Part shown: positions 1 to 9,310 of the stretch, one piece after another | Numbering within the stretch: position 1 is the stretch's first letter | Layout: each line of letters opens with the position of its first letter | Origin: a virus | Reading direction: 5' to 3' (one strand) | DNA: 64,000 nt | IMG/VR virus record: IMGVR_UViG_3300037755_000497 | Location: 1-64,000 of that record | The notes under the pieces: model-generated | What the model saw: the letters and a program-made list of their open reading frames with translations, nothing else | What the model was told of the DNA's origin: nothing | The model's database searches: none | Position numbers and translations under genes: made by a program

Positions 1-424
1 CAGATGTTAATGCTTGCCTTTCAGCTTCCCTTAAATCTTTGTGAAGACTTGTAATTTCATCTTTAAATTTTTTTGTTTCTATCCTTTCTTCTAATGTAAG
101 TGGTGGGGCCTTTTTTAATGCTAATATTTCATTTCGTTGGTCTTGTAATTGCTTTTCATAATCAAGTTTCAATTCTTGCATCTTAGCTTGTATCTTATCC
201 AGCTGCTTTGCTGATGAAATAGAAGTTTTTGATTGCTGTCTTTGGGTTCTATCTATTAATTCGTAGCCCTGTAGTTTTAATTTCCTGGCCCATCCCTTAA
301 TTGAATAATCGCTTGTGTCAAACTGGATGGCTAATGTTGCTAGGTTAGGGAACTTATTTGTGTCGTTATAGGCCTTCACAAATTCCACTTTGTCTAGTTT
401 ATCAAACTTGGTTTTTCCGCTCAA
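1..424 (-). CDS. Hypothetical protein, 3'-truncated by window edge (N-terminal HTH-like segment, then coiled coil)
   Basis: Hand translation from TTG at 424 (MSGKTKFDKLDKVEFVKAYNDTNKFPNLATLAIQFDTSDYSIKGWARKLK...), open to the window edge; AAGGAAGG RBS upstream; not in supplied track. Confidence 0.7.
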   Translation of the reverse strand, partial: MSGKTKFDKLDKVEFVKAYNDTNKFPNLATLAIQFDTSDYSIKGWARKLKLQGYELIDRTQRQQSKTSISSAKQLDKIQAKMQELKLDYEKQLQDQRNEILALKKAPPLTLEERIETKKFKDEITSLHKDLREAERQALTS

Positions 425-462
425 AACTGACCTTCCTTGGATGTATTACAATGTAAAACATT

Positions 463-490
463 ATTATAGCATACACAGTTTTACGTGCAA
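463..490 (-). promoter_or_regulatory. sigma70-type promoter
   Basis: Minus strand TTGCAC-N16-TATAAT with extended -10 TGn. Confidence 0.6.
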
Positions 491-504
491 GGAAGTGTTG
501 TTAA

Positions 505-1044
505 TTAGGCCGCATTGTCGAGTTTTTTAGTCCACATACCTTTGATGTTTTTTCGTTGGGTCTTCACGCCTTCCACATAGTCCAAATACTTCATGGTATT
601 TTTGATGTCCTTGTGGCGCAAGCTATTCTTAGTTCCATGTATATCTTTAGAATTGTTGTAATACCTAACACCGTAAGTATGCCTTAAACAGTGAAGGCCC
701 TTACTATGATTCGGTGTGAACTTATACCAAATCCTTCTAAGTGTAGATGTATTCAAAGGAAATAGGGCCTCGCTATCTGGTATTTCCCTGATGTAGGCAA
801 GAAGTTCCTTATAAAAAACTGGTGGCAATATGGCCATACCGTTATTAGAATTTTTCCTTCCTATTATGTAAACACCGCCATTGTGAATATGTTCTTTTTT
901 AATAGCTGCTAATTCACATTGTCTTGCACCAGTATAAATGAGAAGGCCCATAATTATACCATTTCTGGTGCCCTTGGCTTCGCCTCTTTTCGCAAGGAAT
1001 ATTTTTAGTTCATCATCATTTAAAAATTTATTTGGGTTTAACAT
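505..1044 (-). CDS. Tyrosine recombinase, catalytic domain only
   Basis: TGARQCE (R), HCLRH (HxxR), LRH and TMKY (catalytic Tyr) motifs. Confidence 0.88.
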   Translation of the reverse strand: MLNPNKFLNDDELKIFLAKRGEAKGTRNGIIMGLLIYTGARQCELAAIKKEHIHNGGVYIIGRKNSNNGMAILPPVFYKELLAYIREIPDSEALFPLNTSTLRRIWYKFTPNHSKGLHCLRHTYGVRYYNNSKDIHGTKNSLRHKDIKNTMKYLDYVEGVKTQRKNIKGMWTKKLDNAA

Positions 1045-1062
1045 ACCATCACCATCCTGTTA

Positions 1063-1248
1063 TTAACATTCGACTAGATTAATTGTGTACTCCATACCTT
1101 CAATTTCTCTTTTAACTTTTTCTATTTTTCCAAGTATGATTTCTTGCTGGACAGTCATTGCTATTGCATTTAATCTGTCGCACTCTTTTTCATAATCTTT
1201 TAGTTCTTGCTTTGCTTTACTTAATTCTACTTTCATCTGGTCTATCAT
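1063..1248 (-). CDS. Small coiled-coil hypothetical protein
   Basis: ORF co-oriented and tightly packed with neighbours. Confidence 0.6.
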   Translation of the reverse strand: MIDQMKVELSKAKQELKDYEKECDRLNAIAMTVQQEIILGKIEKVKREIEGMEYTINLVEC

Positions 1249-1250
1249 TC

Positions 1251-1505
1251 TTACTTACCTTCTCTTATATAATTAATTCTGTTTATTGCACCTTTAATTG
1301 TGTAGTACATACCACCAGCACAGTAATCAGTCATCGAATCATTAACATCATTTTCACGTCTAACAACAATAAACAAACAATCATTTTCTTGGTCATGGGC
1401 TTCAACTACAACACCATCAATAGTAGCAGTAAACACATTGTCATTACTAACCATTTTCTTACCAAATGCTTTTTCTATTTTTTTGATTACTGATGTTGTT
1501 TGCAT
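1251..1505 (-). CDS. Hypothetical protein
   Basis: ORF with GAAGGGGA RBS and upstream promoter. Confidence 0.65.
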   Translation of the reverse strand: MQTTSVIKKIEKAFGKKMVSNDNVFTATIDGVVVEAHDQENDCLFIVVRRENDVNDSMTDYCAGGMYYTIKGAINRINYIREGK

Positions 1506-1541
1506 TTTGTCCCCTTCGGTTGTTTTGTTAATACTATAATA

Positions 1542-1609
1542 TCCTACAATGTAGGAAAAGTAAAGCGAATTCGTGCGTGTTAAGTCACTAGAATTCTTAC
1601 AATGTAGGA
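1542..1609. promoter_or_regulatory. Paired palindromic operator-like sites TC(C/T)TACAATGTAGGA; the first lies in a minus-strand promoter spacer
   Basis: TCCTACAATGTAGGA at 1542-1556 and TCTTACAATGTAGGA at 1595-1609; TTTACT-N17-TATTAT brackets the first. Confidence 0.55.
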
Positions 1610-1629
1610 TTATTTATAGGTTTTAATAA

Positions 1630-1669
1630 GAGTGGGCCTTTGATTCGGGTTGCATGTTTAGGCCCACTC
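1630..1669. terminator. Intergenic hairpin, possible terminator
   Basis: GAGTGGGCCT...AGGCCCACTC 10-bp inverted repeat downstream of the 1763-2158 gene. Confidence 0.45.
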
Positions 1670-1762
1670 GATGCTGTTCCTTATAGATACCATCACACCA
1701 AAATAAACATGCAGTTTGTTCCCTTCTAATATTCTACCAAAGGAAATAACTGGAATAAAGGT

Positions 1763-2158
1763 TTATTTTAGGGAATTAGCTAATTCTTTTTGTCTATTTG
1801 CTAATTCAAGGTCACCTTCCAACCTTTCTATGGTTTCAGATTTAAATTGTGGTAGCATCTTAGTAACTTTATCTTCTACTGTTATGCCAGCACCCAATAA
1901 GTTTAGAAATTTTTCAAACCTACTTAAATGTACAAACAGTTCAGATTTACAATCCATACCTATCAATTCACCAAAAGGTGTCTTGTGCTTTTGCTCATAT
2001 AAGTACATCAGTAAAATACCATTTCCATATATCTTTGTTTTAAGATTGTATTGGGTATCTTCAAATTTAAAATCATACCTGGTCTTTTGTTCTGAATCAG
2101 TTTCTTTATCCTTATTAAAGTTAAGAACCTTTAAATTTTTTTCTGTGTCTTCACTCAT
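1763..2158 (-). CDS. Hypothetical protein
   Basis: ORF, start overlaps upstream stop. Confidence 0.65.
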   Translation of the reverse strand: MSEDTEKNLKVLNFNKDKETDSEQKTRYDFKFEDTQYNLKTKIYGNGILLMYLYEQKHKTPFGELIGMDCKSELFVHLSRFEKFLNLLGAGITVEDKVTKMLPQFKSETIERLEGDLELANRQKELANSLK

Positions 2159-3000
2159 TTGCCACCTTCACCTGTTGCGTCTTGAACGCCATCATTATTT
2201 GTAATTCTTTTGATACCTATATACTCAAAGCTTCCATCTTTCCTATCTACAGTATCACCACTTGCACGGCCACGTTTCATTATAGATTTATGTACATGAT
2301 TGCAGTAATATTCAACAGCGTACCTATACAGTTTTTCATTATCATTCCATTTCTTAAGTTCAGGGCCTTTATATGGGCCAGACATCCCGTAAGTACCGTC
2401 ATCATCTAAGTCATAACTATTTTCACCTTTACCAGCGTGCATAGGCGGCTTATCTATTTTTATATCAATTGATGTACCAGTTCTGTGCCATAAACCAAAA
2501 GGTACACGTGTCCTAAAGACGAACCATTTCTGGATAAATACTTTATCAAGCTGATATTCTTTCCCACGAAATATGAAATGTATCGGTGAATAGTTATCGA
2601 ACATTTCCCTACCATTGTAATGGATAGATTTACCAAAGAGTAATTCAATAGGTTTAAAATACCAATGCCAACCGAAACCAGATTCCATAGGTTTTTCACC
2701 CCAGAAAATTCTACACTCTTTTTCATACCAATAGAAACCGTACTGTTTCCCAATACCCCACTTCCACCATTTAGGTCTTGGAACTGTTAAATAAAGTGAG
2801 AAGAAAAGTAAACCAAATATGAAACTAAATGATGGCCCATAATCTTCATAATCGAATTCAACTGAAAACCTACATGCTGGGCCAGAACACAACTGGTAGT
2901 GAACTCTTGAATTGTGGTGCTTATCGTATATCCAACCACGAACATTAAACCACCTTTTTTCGTTATCTTCTTTCTTTAAATTTTGATACCTATGGTGCAT
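2155..3000 (-). CDS. Hypothetical aromatic-rich protein
   Basis: 281-aa ORF with AGGGG RBS. Confidence 0.7.
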   Translation of the reverse strand: MHHRYQNLKKEDNEKRWFNVRGWIYDKHHNSRVHYQLCSGPACRFSVEFDYEDYGPSFSFIFGLLFFSLYLTVPRPKWWKWGIGKQYGFYWYEKECRIFWGEKPMESGFGWHWYFKPIELLFGKSIHYNGREMFDNYSPIHFIFRGKEYQLDKVFIQKWFVFRTRVPFGLWHRTGTSIDIKIDKPPMHAGKGENSYDLDDDGTYGMSGPYKGPELKKWNDNEKLYRYAVEYYCNHVHKSIMKRGRASGDTVDRKDGSFEYIGIKRITNNDGVQDATGEGGK

Positions 3001-3032
3001 AATTATTTCCCCTTCTCAAATTTACAATTATA

Positions 3033-3257
3033 TTATTTTTCTTTAGTCCATTTCAATCTACCCTTTAACTTGTAGTTTATAGCTACAAGGTCTTTAGCAT
3101 ATTTAAGTGTATTGGTAATAAAATGGAATGTGCCTTGAACATCACTAACAGAATACCTATCTACACCTTGATAAGAATAATGCGTTATTTTTGCATTTCT
3201 AATATATGTATTTTCAGGGTTTAGTAATTTATACACAGCTACTACCTTCACTTGCAA
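3033..3257 (-). CDS. Hypothetical protein
   Basis: ORF packed behind ligase. Confidence 0.55.
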   Translation of the reverse strand: MQVKVVAVYKLLNPENTYIRNAKITHYSYQGVDRYSVSDVQGTFHFITNTLKYAKDLVAINYKLKGRLKWTKEK

Positions 3258-3261
3258 TCCT

Positions 3262-5163
3262 TTATTTTAATAGTTTCACAAACTGTTCTTCTGTTAAAAC
3301 TTCAACCCCTAATTTTTCGGCCTTACTTAGTTTAGAACCAGCTTTTTCACCAGCAACAAGATAATTCAAACTTGCACTAATACCCTTTATTTCACCGCCA
3401 TTTTCTTTTACTATGTTTTCAAAGTGGGGTCTACTATTACTTAATTTTCCTGTGAAACAAAAAGATTTACCTTTAAGGTTACTACTTTTTAATTTCTTTT
3501 TAACAGGTTTACTTATTGTTAAGTAATCCAAAAGTTCATCTATAACTTTTCTCTTTTTACCCAACCAATCTATAATAAGCAAGGCCCTTACCTTTCCAAG
3601 TCCAGGAACGCTGCAAATTTCTTCTTCACTCATTGATGTTATTTTTTCTAAAGTATCATAGCCAGCGTCAATTATAAATTGAAAAATTGATTCACCAACA
3701 TTCGGTATATTTAAAGCACTAAGGAAAATATGTAACGGTATAACATCATGTTCCTGGAAAGCTAGAATATTCAATGCGGCTTTTTCTTTTACACCGACTA
3801 ACCCTATATGGTCATGCTCTAATTCAGTATATATTAAATCTTCAACGCTTAATTTATAAAGGTCACTAACTGTTGAGATAATGTTAGCTTTAAACATTTG
3901 CTGTATTCTCTCTGGGCCAATCCCTTTTACCTTAAAATGATCTTTTATTTTATCTGTCCATTTACAAAGGTCACCAAGTTTTCTGGAATCACACTTTAAG
4001 TTTGTACAAACTAAGAATGGCCCGTCAACAGCTGTCTTACCTTTGCACATCGGGCACTTTCCTGGTGGCATCTGTATAGCACCCCTTTTAACCCTAGTTA
4101 TAACTTTTCTTATTTGTGGTATCACATCGCCTGACCTGAAAACTTCTACAACATCGCCTTCCATCGGTTCCCTGTTTGGCCACAATTTTTTTATTGTATC
4201 CAAGTTTGCTAATGATATATTTTCAACGGTCACACCTAAATCAACTGCTTTAACTTTTGCAACAGGTGTAATTGTTCCTACTTTTCCCATTGACCATTCA
4301 ATTGATTTTAATGTTGTAGTGGCCATTGGGTAAGGATACTTCATAGCTATAGAATATTTAGGGTTACCACTGGGGTCACGGCCTAGTGCTTTTTGAACAC
4401 TCATTTCATTAATTGTTATTACAATACCATCAGCTTCAAAATTTTCTAAGTGCTTTTTCTTATTCTTTCTATGATAGAAACTTATGATGTCATCAACACC
4501 ATCTAGCACTTCAAATGCTACATTCTTAAATCCGAGTTTCTTTAATAGTTTAAATTTATCTTCTTCGGTTTTAACATCTGTAGATAATGTTTCAATCCCA
4601 TAGTACCTTAAGGACATTAAGTGGCACTGTGATTCACCTTTAAATCTTTTTGCGATACCAGCACCAGCGTTTCTGATATTCTTATAATCTTTTTCTAAAT
4701 ATTTCTTGTACCTGTCCCTTGGTATAAGGGCTTCACTTGTTAAAGATGTCACTTGCCAATCATCAATAACTGATTTGAAGTTCTTCATTTGCATTACGTT
4801 TCTTGTAATGTCTTCACCAGTTTTACCGTCACCCCTAGTAACAGCATTTATGAACTTCCCTTCTTTATAATAAAGGACAATGGCCATGCCATCATATTTA
4901 AAGCTGGAAACGAAATTGCAGCTTTGTAACTTGTTTTGCTTTATGAATTTAAAAAGGTTATCGAAAAATGGGCCGTTGTCTTCATTGATTACATCAATTT
5001 TTTTTAATGATGCCATCGGTATAGTGTGCTTAAATTTTTTCCACGGTGTTTTTTCATCCAGTATTTTACCTGTGGCATTAATACCAAATTTTTTATCATA
5101 CTCCATATCACTCATTAGTGGTTCACCACGTTCATAAGCTAAATCTATTTTCTTTTTACTCAT
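3262..5163 (-). CDS. ligA: NAD-dependent DNA ligase
   Basis: KYDG adenylation motif, TRGDGKTGEDIT, RNAGAG, ADGIVI, RSGDVIP, C4 Zn finger, HhH repeats, C-terminal BRCT (FCFTGKL...GEKAGSKLSKAEKLGV). Confidence 0.97.
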   Translation of the reverse strand: MSKKKIDLAYERGEPLMSDMEYDKKFGINATGKILDEKTPWKKFKHTIPMASLKKIDVINEDNGPFFDNLFKFIKQNKLQSCNFVSSFKYDGMAIVLYYKEGKFINAVTRGDGKTGEDITRNVMQMKNFKSVIDDWQVTSLTSEALIPRDRYKKYLEKDYKNIRNAGAGIAKRFKGESQCHLMSLRYYGIETLSTDVKTEEDKFKLLKKLGFKNVAFEVLDGVDDIISFYHRKNKKKHLENFEADGIVITINEMSVQKALGRDPSGNPKYSIAMKYPYPMATTTLKSIEWSMGKVGTITPVAKVKAVDLGVTVENISLANLDTIKKLWPNREPMEGDVVEVFRSGDVIPQIRKVITRVKRGAIQMPPGKCPMCKGKTAVDGPFLVCTNLKCDSRKLGDLCKWTDKIKDHFKVKGIGPERIQQMFKANIISTVSDLYKLSVEDLIYTELEHDHIGLVGVKEKAALNILAFQEHDVIPLHIFLSALNIPNVGESIFQFIIDAGYDTLEKITSMSEEEICSVPGLGKVRALLIIDWLGKKRKVIDELLDYLTISKPVKKKLKSSNLKGKSFCFTGKLSNSRPHFENIVKENGGEIKGISASLNYLVAGEKAGSKLSKAEKLGVEVLTEEQFVKLLK

Positions 5164-5387
5164 TTCTTATTTCCGACTCTGTTAAAAATTCTTCTTAGGG
5201 TGTACGTTCTTAGTATTGATACAATAGTAAATATTATTGACATTGTTAAATATGCCCAATGTTCTTTGTTCGCTAAAGGGTTCTTTAAAAATGTCCCTAT
5301 CAAATAATAATTAAGTATATATGTTATTGGAAGGCCAACGATTATATTTGCTTTTGATTCCATTAATGAATGTAACTTAGTTTGCAT
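5160..5387 (-). CDS. Small two-TM phage membrane protein
   Basis: MQTKLHSLMESKANIIVG...SILRTYTLRRIFN pattern common in phages; two hydrophobic segments. Confidence 0.7.
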   Translation of the reverse strand: MQTKLHSLMESKANIIVGLPITYILNYYLIGTFLKNPLANKEHWAYLTMSIIFTIVSILRTYTLRRIFNRVGNKK

Positions 5388-5679
5388 CTTTAATCCTTTC
5401 TTCTGGCCACTTACCTTGCTTCAATCTTTCGGTTCCATCCCATCCCATTCCCTTTAAAATATCTTCAATAGGTCTAACTTTTTTACCCTGCATCTCAAAT
5501 AGGATATGGTCACGTCTAATTTCATATTCAACGGCAATATCATTTGCATCAAAATTATTTCTTCTAACCTGGTCAGCGCACCAAGCTTTCTTGCTTACTT
5601 CCTTCTTATGATTTGAGCAAAAATTATTATTAGCAAAAAAGAGACAATTAAAACAATGGTCATATTCAGTGCTTGCCAT
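5377..5679 (-). CDS. Hypothetical protein with Cys-rich N-terminus
   Basis: CxxC...C...C. Confidence 0.6.
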   Translation of the reverse strand: MASTEYDHCFNCLFFANNNFCSNHKKEVSKKAWCADQVRRNNFDANDIAVEYEIRRDHILFEMQGKKVRPIEDILKGMGWDGTERLKQGKWPEERIKDAN

Positions 5680-6028
5680 AATAGGCCTTTGCTGCTTTCA
5701 ATAATAGTTCCCTCAATTGAGTTACTTCATCTTTAGTCATCCCACCTTTAAGAAGTTCTTGAATTATATTTTTATCGTAAGGATGCAATGACTGAAAATG
5801 TTCTAGCAAAGAATTAATAGTTTTCCAAAATTTTAAGTGCCTTGCTTTTTCCATTAAATAAGTCCTTCCAGTTCTTACTGGCATCATGATAACCATTCTG
5901 GAATCTTTGTCTTCCAGGGCCTTAATAACTTCACCCATGAATTTTATGTGGTGCTTCTGAATAGGGAAGCCACTGTCTTGACACATTCTGTTAATAAATT
6001 CCTTCGGTGAAGGCCTCTGATAGCTCAT
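5666..6028 (-). CDS. Hypothetical protein with degenerate terminase-like Walker A segment
   Basis: MVIMMPVRTGRT resembles the TerL MPPRxGKS motif. Confidence 0.55.
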   Translation of the reverse strand: MSYQRPSPKEFINRMCQDSGFPIQKHHIKFMGEVIKALEDKDSRMVIMMPVRTGRTYLMEKARHLKFWKTINSLLEHFQSLHPYDKNIIQELLKGGMTKDEVTQLRELLLKAAKAYYGKH

Positions 6029-6273
6029 TTACGCTTCCCATTTTTGGCCTTGGCATTGGTACGAATTTTTGCTTTAGGCTTCTTATTCACGCTAAAATCT
6101 TGGTCTTGTGAATATATATCATCCAACCGTGGGCCATATTCCAGCATTAACCTTATATCTTTCTTTTTAAGTCCAGTAACATCATGCAAAAGAAGCACAG
6201 CAAGGTTAATTTTTTCAGGTCTGGAACACAGCTGTTTAAAATCTTCGCTGATGGTTTCTACTGTACTTGACAT
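6025..6273 (-). CDS. Hypothetical protein
   Basis: ORF with AGGAAGG RBS directly after tmRNA. Confidence 0.6.
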   Translation of the reverse strand: MSSTVETISEDFKQLCSRPEKINLAVLLLHDVTGLKKKDIRLMLEYGPRLDDIYSQDQDFSVNKKPKAKIRTNAKAKNGKRK

Positions 6274-6292
6274 ATTTACCTTCCTTATAAAA

Positions 6293-6726
6293 TGGTGGAC
6301 GTGACGGGAATCGAACCCGTGTCCAGAATCGTAATCTTAAAATCGTTTACAAGCATAGTTCTATTTAAAGTTGAACTTCTTTATGGGGGCACACCAAGGT
6401 GTACCGACTCCACCACTTTATTTTTAAGGAACAAAGAAACCTACACCCTTCTGACATTAGGTTAGTGTGAACCCTTATGACTTATTGAATCCGCTAGTCA
6501 CCAAAGCTGGTTTCCCCAATTCTGTTTCTTGGTCTGGGGAACCTCATTACCTAAAAACTAAAATTAAGCGGCCAGTAAAACTGGTTGTGCCTTTTTAGCT
6601 TTATAATCAGCAAGCGAAACTACATTGTTTTCGTTTATGTTTCGGTCAGCTTTTTACGTGGCCAACTGACCAACCACGGCTTGAAGATAATTGTCCTACT
6701 AACCCTGTCGAAACCTTAACACGCCC
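6293..6726 (-). ncRNA. ssrA: tmRNA (434 nt)
   Basis: 5' GGGCGTG...TTCGAC; 3' T-arm ACGGG-TTCGATT-CCCGT and CACGTCC-A-CCA; acceptor stem with G3.U70 Ala determinant; internal tag ORF 6564-6632 ENNVVSLADYKAKKAQPVLLAA* after a UAAAC resume context. Confidence 0.95.
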
Positions 6727-6733
6727 ATTTATT

Positions 6734-7237
6734 TTAATTGCTACTTGTATTAAAACTGTTATCAGATATTGATTTACCGAAACCACCTGTGTTCTTTTTA
6801 TCCTTCGGTATTACTTCTTCTTTAATCAAAGTAATCTGTGGTTCATCAAACCAACAAGGTTCAGCTGGCCTATACTTTTCTTTGTCCACTTTTTCTGGGG
6901 TAATACAAACTTTTGTGCATGAGTAAAGCCATTCAGCAAGACCAGTACAAATACCATCAAAACCGCTAATAGAATCTTTGCATCTATCACCCAGTTTAAT
7001 TTTAGCATCTGGAATCATGCCATCCTTATCAATAACATTTTTTTCCATAAGTTCAGCTTGCGGTAAATCAATATGTATTGCTTCGTGCGCCTTACCTTCA
7101 TGTGAACCTTCTGGTTGAATCCCGATTCTTGCAACACCGTAAAGGTAGTCATGCCTAACAACGACAATACCAACTATTTGCGTTACCTTATCTTTGGCCC
7201 TATCACCAGTTTCAACTTTTAGATTTTCTTCACTCAT
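6734..7237 (-). CDS. Protein with two tandem copies of a small SH3-like phage domain
   Basis: GDRAKDKVTQIVGIV...YLYG and GDRCKDSISGFDGIC...WLYS repeats. Confidence 0.7.
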   Translation of the reverse strand: MSEENLKVETGDRAKDKVTQIVGIVVVRHDYLYGVARIGIQPEGSHEGKAHEAIHIDLPQAELMEKNVIDKDGMIPDAKIKLGDRCKDSISGFDGICTGLAEWLYSCTKVCITPEKVDKEKYRPAEPCWFDEPQITLIKEEVIPKDKKNTGGFGKSISDNSFNTSSN

Positions 7238-7247
7238 AATTTATTCC

Positions 7248-7763
7248 CTATACTAGTTTTCCACCAGCGGCTTCACGGTTTTCTTTCTTATGGTCAGCAC
7301 GATTTGCATTGTAACTAAATTTTTCAGCTAACGAACCGCCCAGGTCTACATTAGCAGCACCAGCAACATCAAAAAGCCTGATGAATGTATCGGCTATTTC
7401 AACATCAAACATCTTACGGTGTGGTAAGTGGTCATCCATTAAACCTTTACGGATACCTTCTAGGGATTCACTAACTTCTGAATGTACTAATGATAGCTTT
7501 GTGGAAATTACCATTAGTGCTAGTTTCCTAATATCTTTTTCAGTTAAAGATTTAGACCATTCAACCATTAATGTCCTGGCCGCACTTAGTTCAGTTTCGT
7601 TTAGTGGTTCTTCCTTGTTAAAAACAAACAACCAGATTTTTTCTATCTTAGACCACCAACCAGCATCAACGTTAAATTTATGGATTAAATCTGTAAGGCT
7701 ATTTAGGTTTTCAGTTTGCCCTTGAACAAGTTCTACTCTTAATTGTTGTTTGTCATTACTCAT
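7248..7763 (-). CDS. MazG-like NTP pyrophosphohydrolase
   Basis: LVHSEVSESLEG and EIADTFIRLFD motifs; KFSYNANR. Confidence 0.85.
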   Translation of the reverse strand: MSNDKQQLRVELVQGQTENLNSLTDLIHKFNVDAGWWSKIEKIWLFVFNKEEPLNETELSAARTLMVEWSKSLTEKDIRKLALMVISTKLSLVHSEVSESLEGIRKGLMDDHLPHRKMFDVEIADTFIRLFDVAGAANVDLGGSLAEKFSYNANRADHKKENREAAGGKLV

Positions 7764-7938
7764 TATTTCCCCTTATTGTTTTTAAAGTTTTATGTTTCCA
7801 TCTTTTGCCATCTATTGTTTCACACCAGTCTAAAAAATCCATGAAGCTAATGTACTTCTTTTGCATCCTGAACATTTGGCAATACTCTGGGAAGGTGCCC
7901 TTCTTTATTTTCTTTTTCTTTAATTTTCTTTTTGGCAT
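7756..7938 (-). CDS. Small basic hypothetical protein
   Basis: ORF with AAGGGGG RBS. Confidence 0.55.
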   Translation of the reverse strand: MPKRKLKKKKIKKGTFPEYCQMFRMQKKYISFMDFLDWCETIDGKRWKHKTLKTIRGNNE

Positions 7939-8000
7939 ACCCCTTCCTTAAAATTGGTTTGCATTCGGGATGCGCATTTGGCCAAATCTTTCTAATTAAT

Positions 8001-8351
8001 TTATATTCCATTCTTCTTCTTCCTAATGTGGAAACCCTTAATTTTTAAATCACGCTGCTTATCTGTTAATTCAATTACAGCTTCTTTAATATAATTTCTA
8101 GGTTCTTCCTTGTTACCATCATCGTCTTCTTCTTCATTATCATCACTGTAGTAGTGTGGTTCTGGTTCTTTAAATATTTCATTAAAAGCATCACTCATAC
8201 ATAAATGACATGTAGTATGGGCAATATTTTCAAAATCTTCCACTTCTGTTTTTATATCATTACCAGCTAAAGCAGCATGGACAGCATGACGAAAACAAAG
8301 TGTCGAATCATTTTTATTAAGTGAATATCTTATCTGAAAATTTATGTTCAT
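8001..8351 (-). CDS. Hypothetical protein
   Basis: ORF overlapping def stop. Confidence 0.6.
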   Translation of the reverse strand: MNINFQIRYSLNKNDSTLCFRHAVHAALAGNDIKTEVEDFENIAHTTCHLCMSDAFNEIFKEPEPHYYSDDNEEEDDDGNKEEPRNYIKEAVIELTDKQRDLKIKGFHIRKKKNGI

Positions 8352-8986
8352 TTCACTTTATACAATTGCCCATTGTCTGTAAGAAGAATACCGTCTAAAT
8401 GCTCAACTTCATGCTGAACACAGATAGCTTGTACGCCAACAGCTATTGCTTCCCTTTCTTCACCGTCAACAGTTTGATATTTAAATTTTACCCTTGCCTT
8501 TCTTCTTGTCTTAACAGCGTACCCTGGAAAAGATAGACACATTTCTTCAAACTTCATTCTTCCAGTAGCTTCAACAATTACTGGGTTAATATAAACCTGC
8601 ATACCATCTTTTTGTTCGCGGCCATCTGTATCAATCATCTTGCCTTCAATACAAATCATTCTAATATTAATTCCTATCTGTGGTGCTGCTACACCATAGC
8701 ATCGGTTTACTTTTGCAGTAGCAATTAGTTCTTCGGCCCACCTTTTCAGTATGTCATCAAATGCTGTTACTTCAACACTCGGCCTTCTTAGGTTTTCTAT
8801 ATCTTCCTGGCTATTAAATTTTAGTATTCTTTTTGCTGGAACCACATTAACTTCATCTTCAAAGAAAGGAACTTTAGCGTGTGTACCATTTCCTTCATTC
8901 ATTTCAGTGCCCCTTCTATTAGCATCTAAACCATAGGCAAGTCCAAATGCTGATGTCATTAATAACATTCTTTTTGTGCTAGTCAT
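8348..8986 (-). CDS. def: Peptide deformylase (start probably ATG 8986 or later; track gives 9016)
   Basis: YGVAAPQIG, EMCLS, QHEVEHLDG motifs; short C-terminus. Confidence 0.93.
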   Translation of the reverse strand: MTSTKRMLLMTSAFGLAYGLDANRRGTEMNEGNGTHAKVPFFEDEVNVVPAKRILKFNSQEDIENLRRPSVEVTAFDDILKRWAEELIATAKVNRCYGVAAPQIGINIRMICIEGKMIDTDGREQKDGMQVYINPVIVEATGRMKFEEMCLSFPGYAVKTRRKARVKFKYQTVDGEEREAIAVGVQAICVQHEVEHLDGILLTDNGQLYKVK

Positions 8987-9155
8987 TTGATTTCTTTTTC
9001 TTCTTCTTTTTATCAATAGGGCCAGCTAATTTTTTTATTTGCCCATGCAGAAAAGATTGCCAGCTTCTTCCATCTAATTTCTTTTCAGCACGTGCTTTCA
9101 ACTTAGGGTTAACCCTAACATGTACATGTACTATATCTGTTCTTTTTTCACTCAT
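8979..9155 (-). CDS. Small ribbon-helix-helix-like DNA-binding protein (58 aa, not in track)
   Basis: Hand translation MSEKRTDIVHVHVRVNPKLKARAEKKLDGRSWQSFLHGQIKKL...; stop overlaps def start. Confidence 0.55.
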   Translation of the reverse strand: MSEKRTDIVHVHVRVNPKLKARAEKKLDGRSWQSFLHGQIKKLAGPIDKKKKKKKSND

Positions 9156-9285
9156 TTTCTTTACCCGTTATCTTTGATTTCTTAAGTTTCAGTTTCACCC
9201 CTATAATAAAGGCCCCGATGAAAGGAACCATCATTAATAAATCTACAATCATGTGGCCTAAACCTAAACCGTGTGGGCATTGCAT
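9148..9285 (-). CDS. Small membrane protein (45 aa, not in track)
   Basis: MQCPHGLGLGHMIVDLLMMVPFIGAFIIGVKLKLKK...; AAGGA RBS. Confidence 0.5.
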   Translation of the reverse strand: MQCPHGLGLGHMIVDLLMMVPFIGAFIIGVKLKLKKSKITGKENE

Positions 9286-9310
9286 ATTATATTTCCTTAC
9301 CTAATTAAAA

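Noticed and set aside
6293-6330. Apparent tRNA 3' half with CCA
   Set aside because: It is the 3' end of the tmRNA; the matching 5' strand is ~430 nt away with a tag ORF in between
505-6726. tmRNA as attP for the tyrosine recombinase (temperate lifestyle)
   Set aside because: Recombinase lacks integrase N-terminal domains, lies 5 kb away, and no att duplication or CI-like repressor is visible
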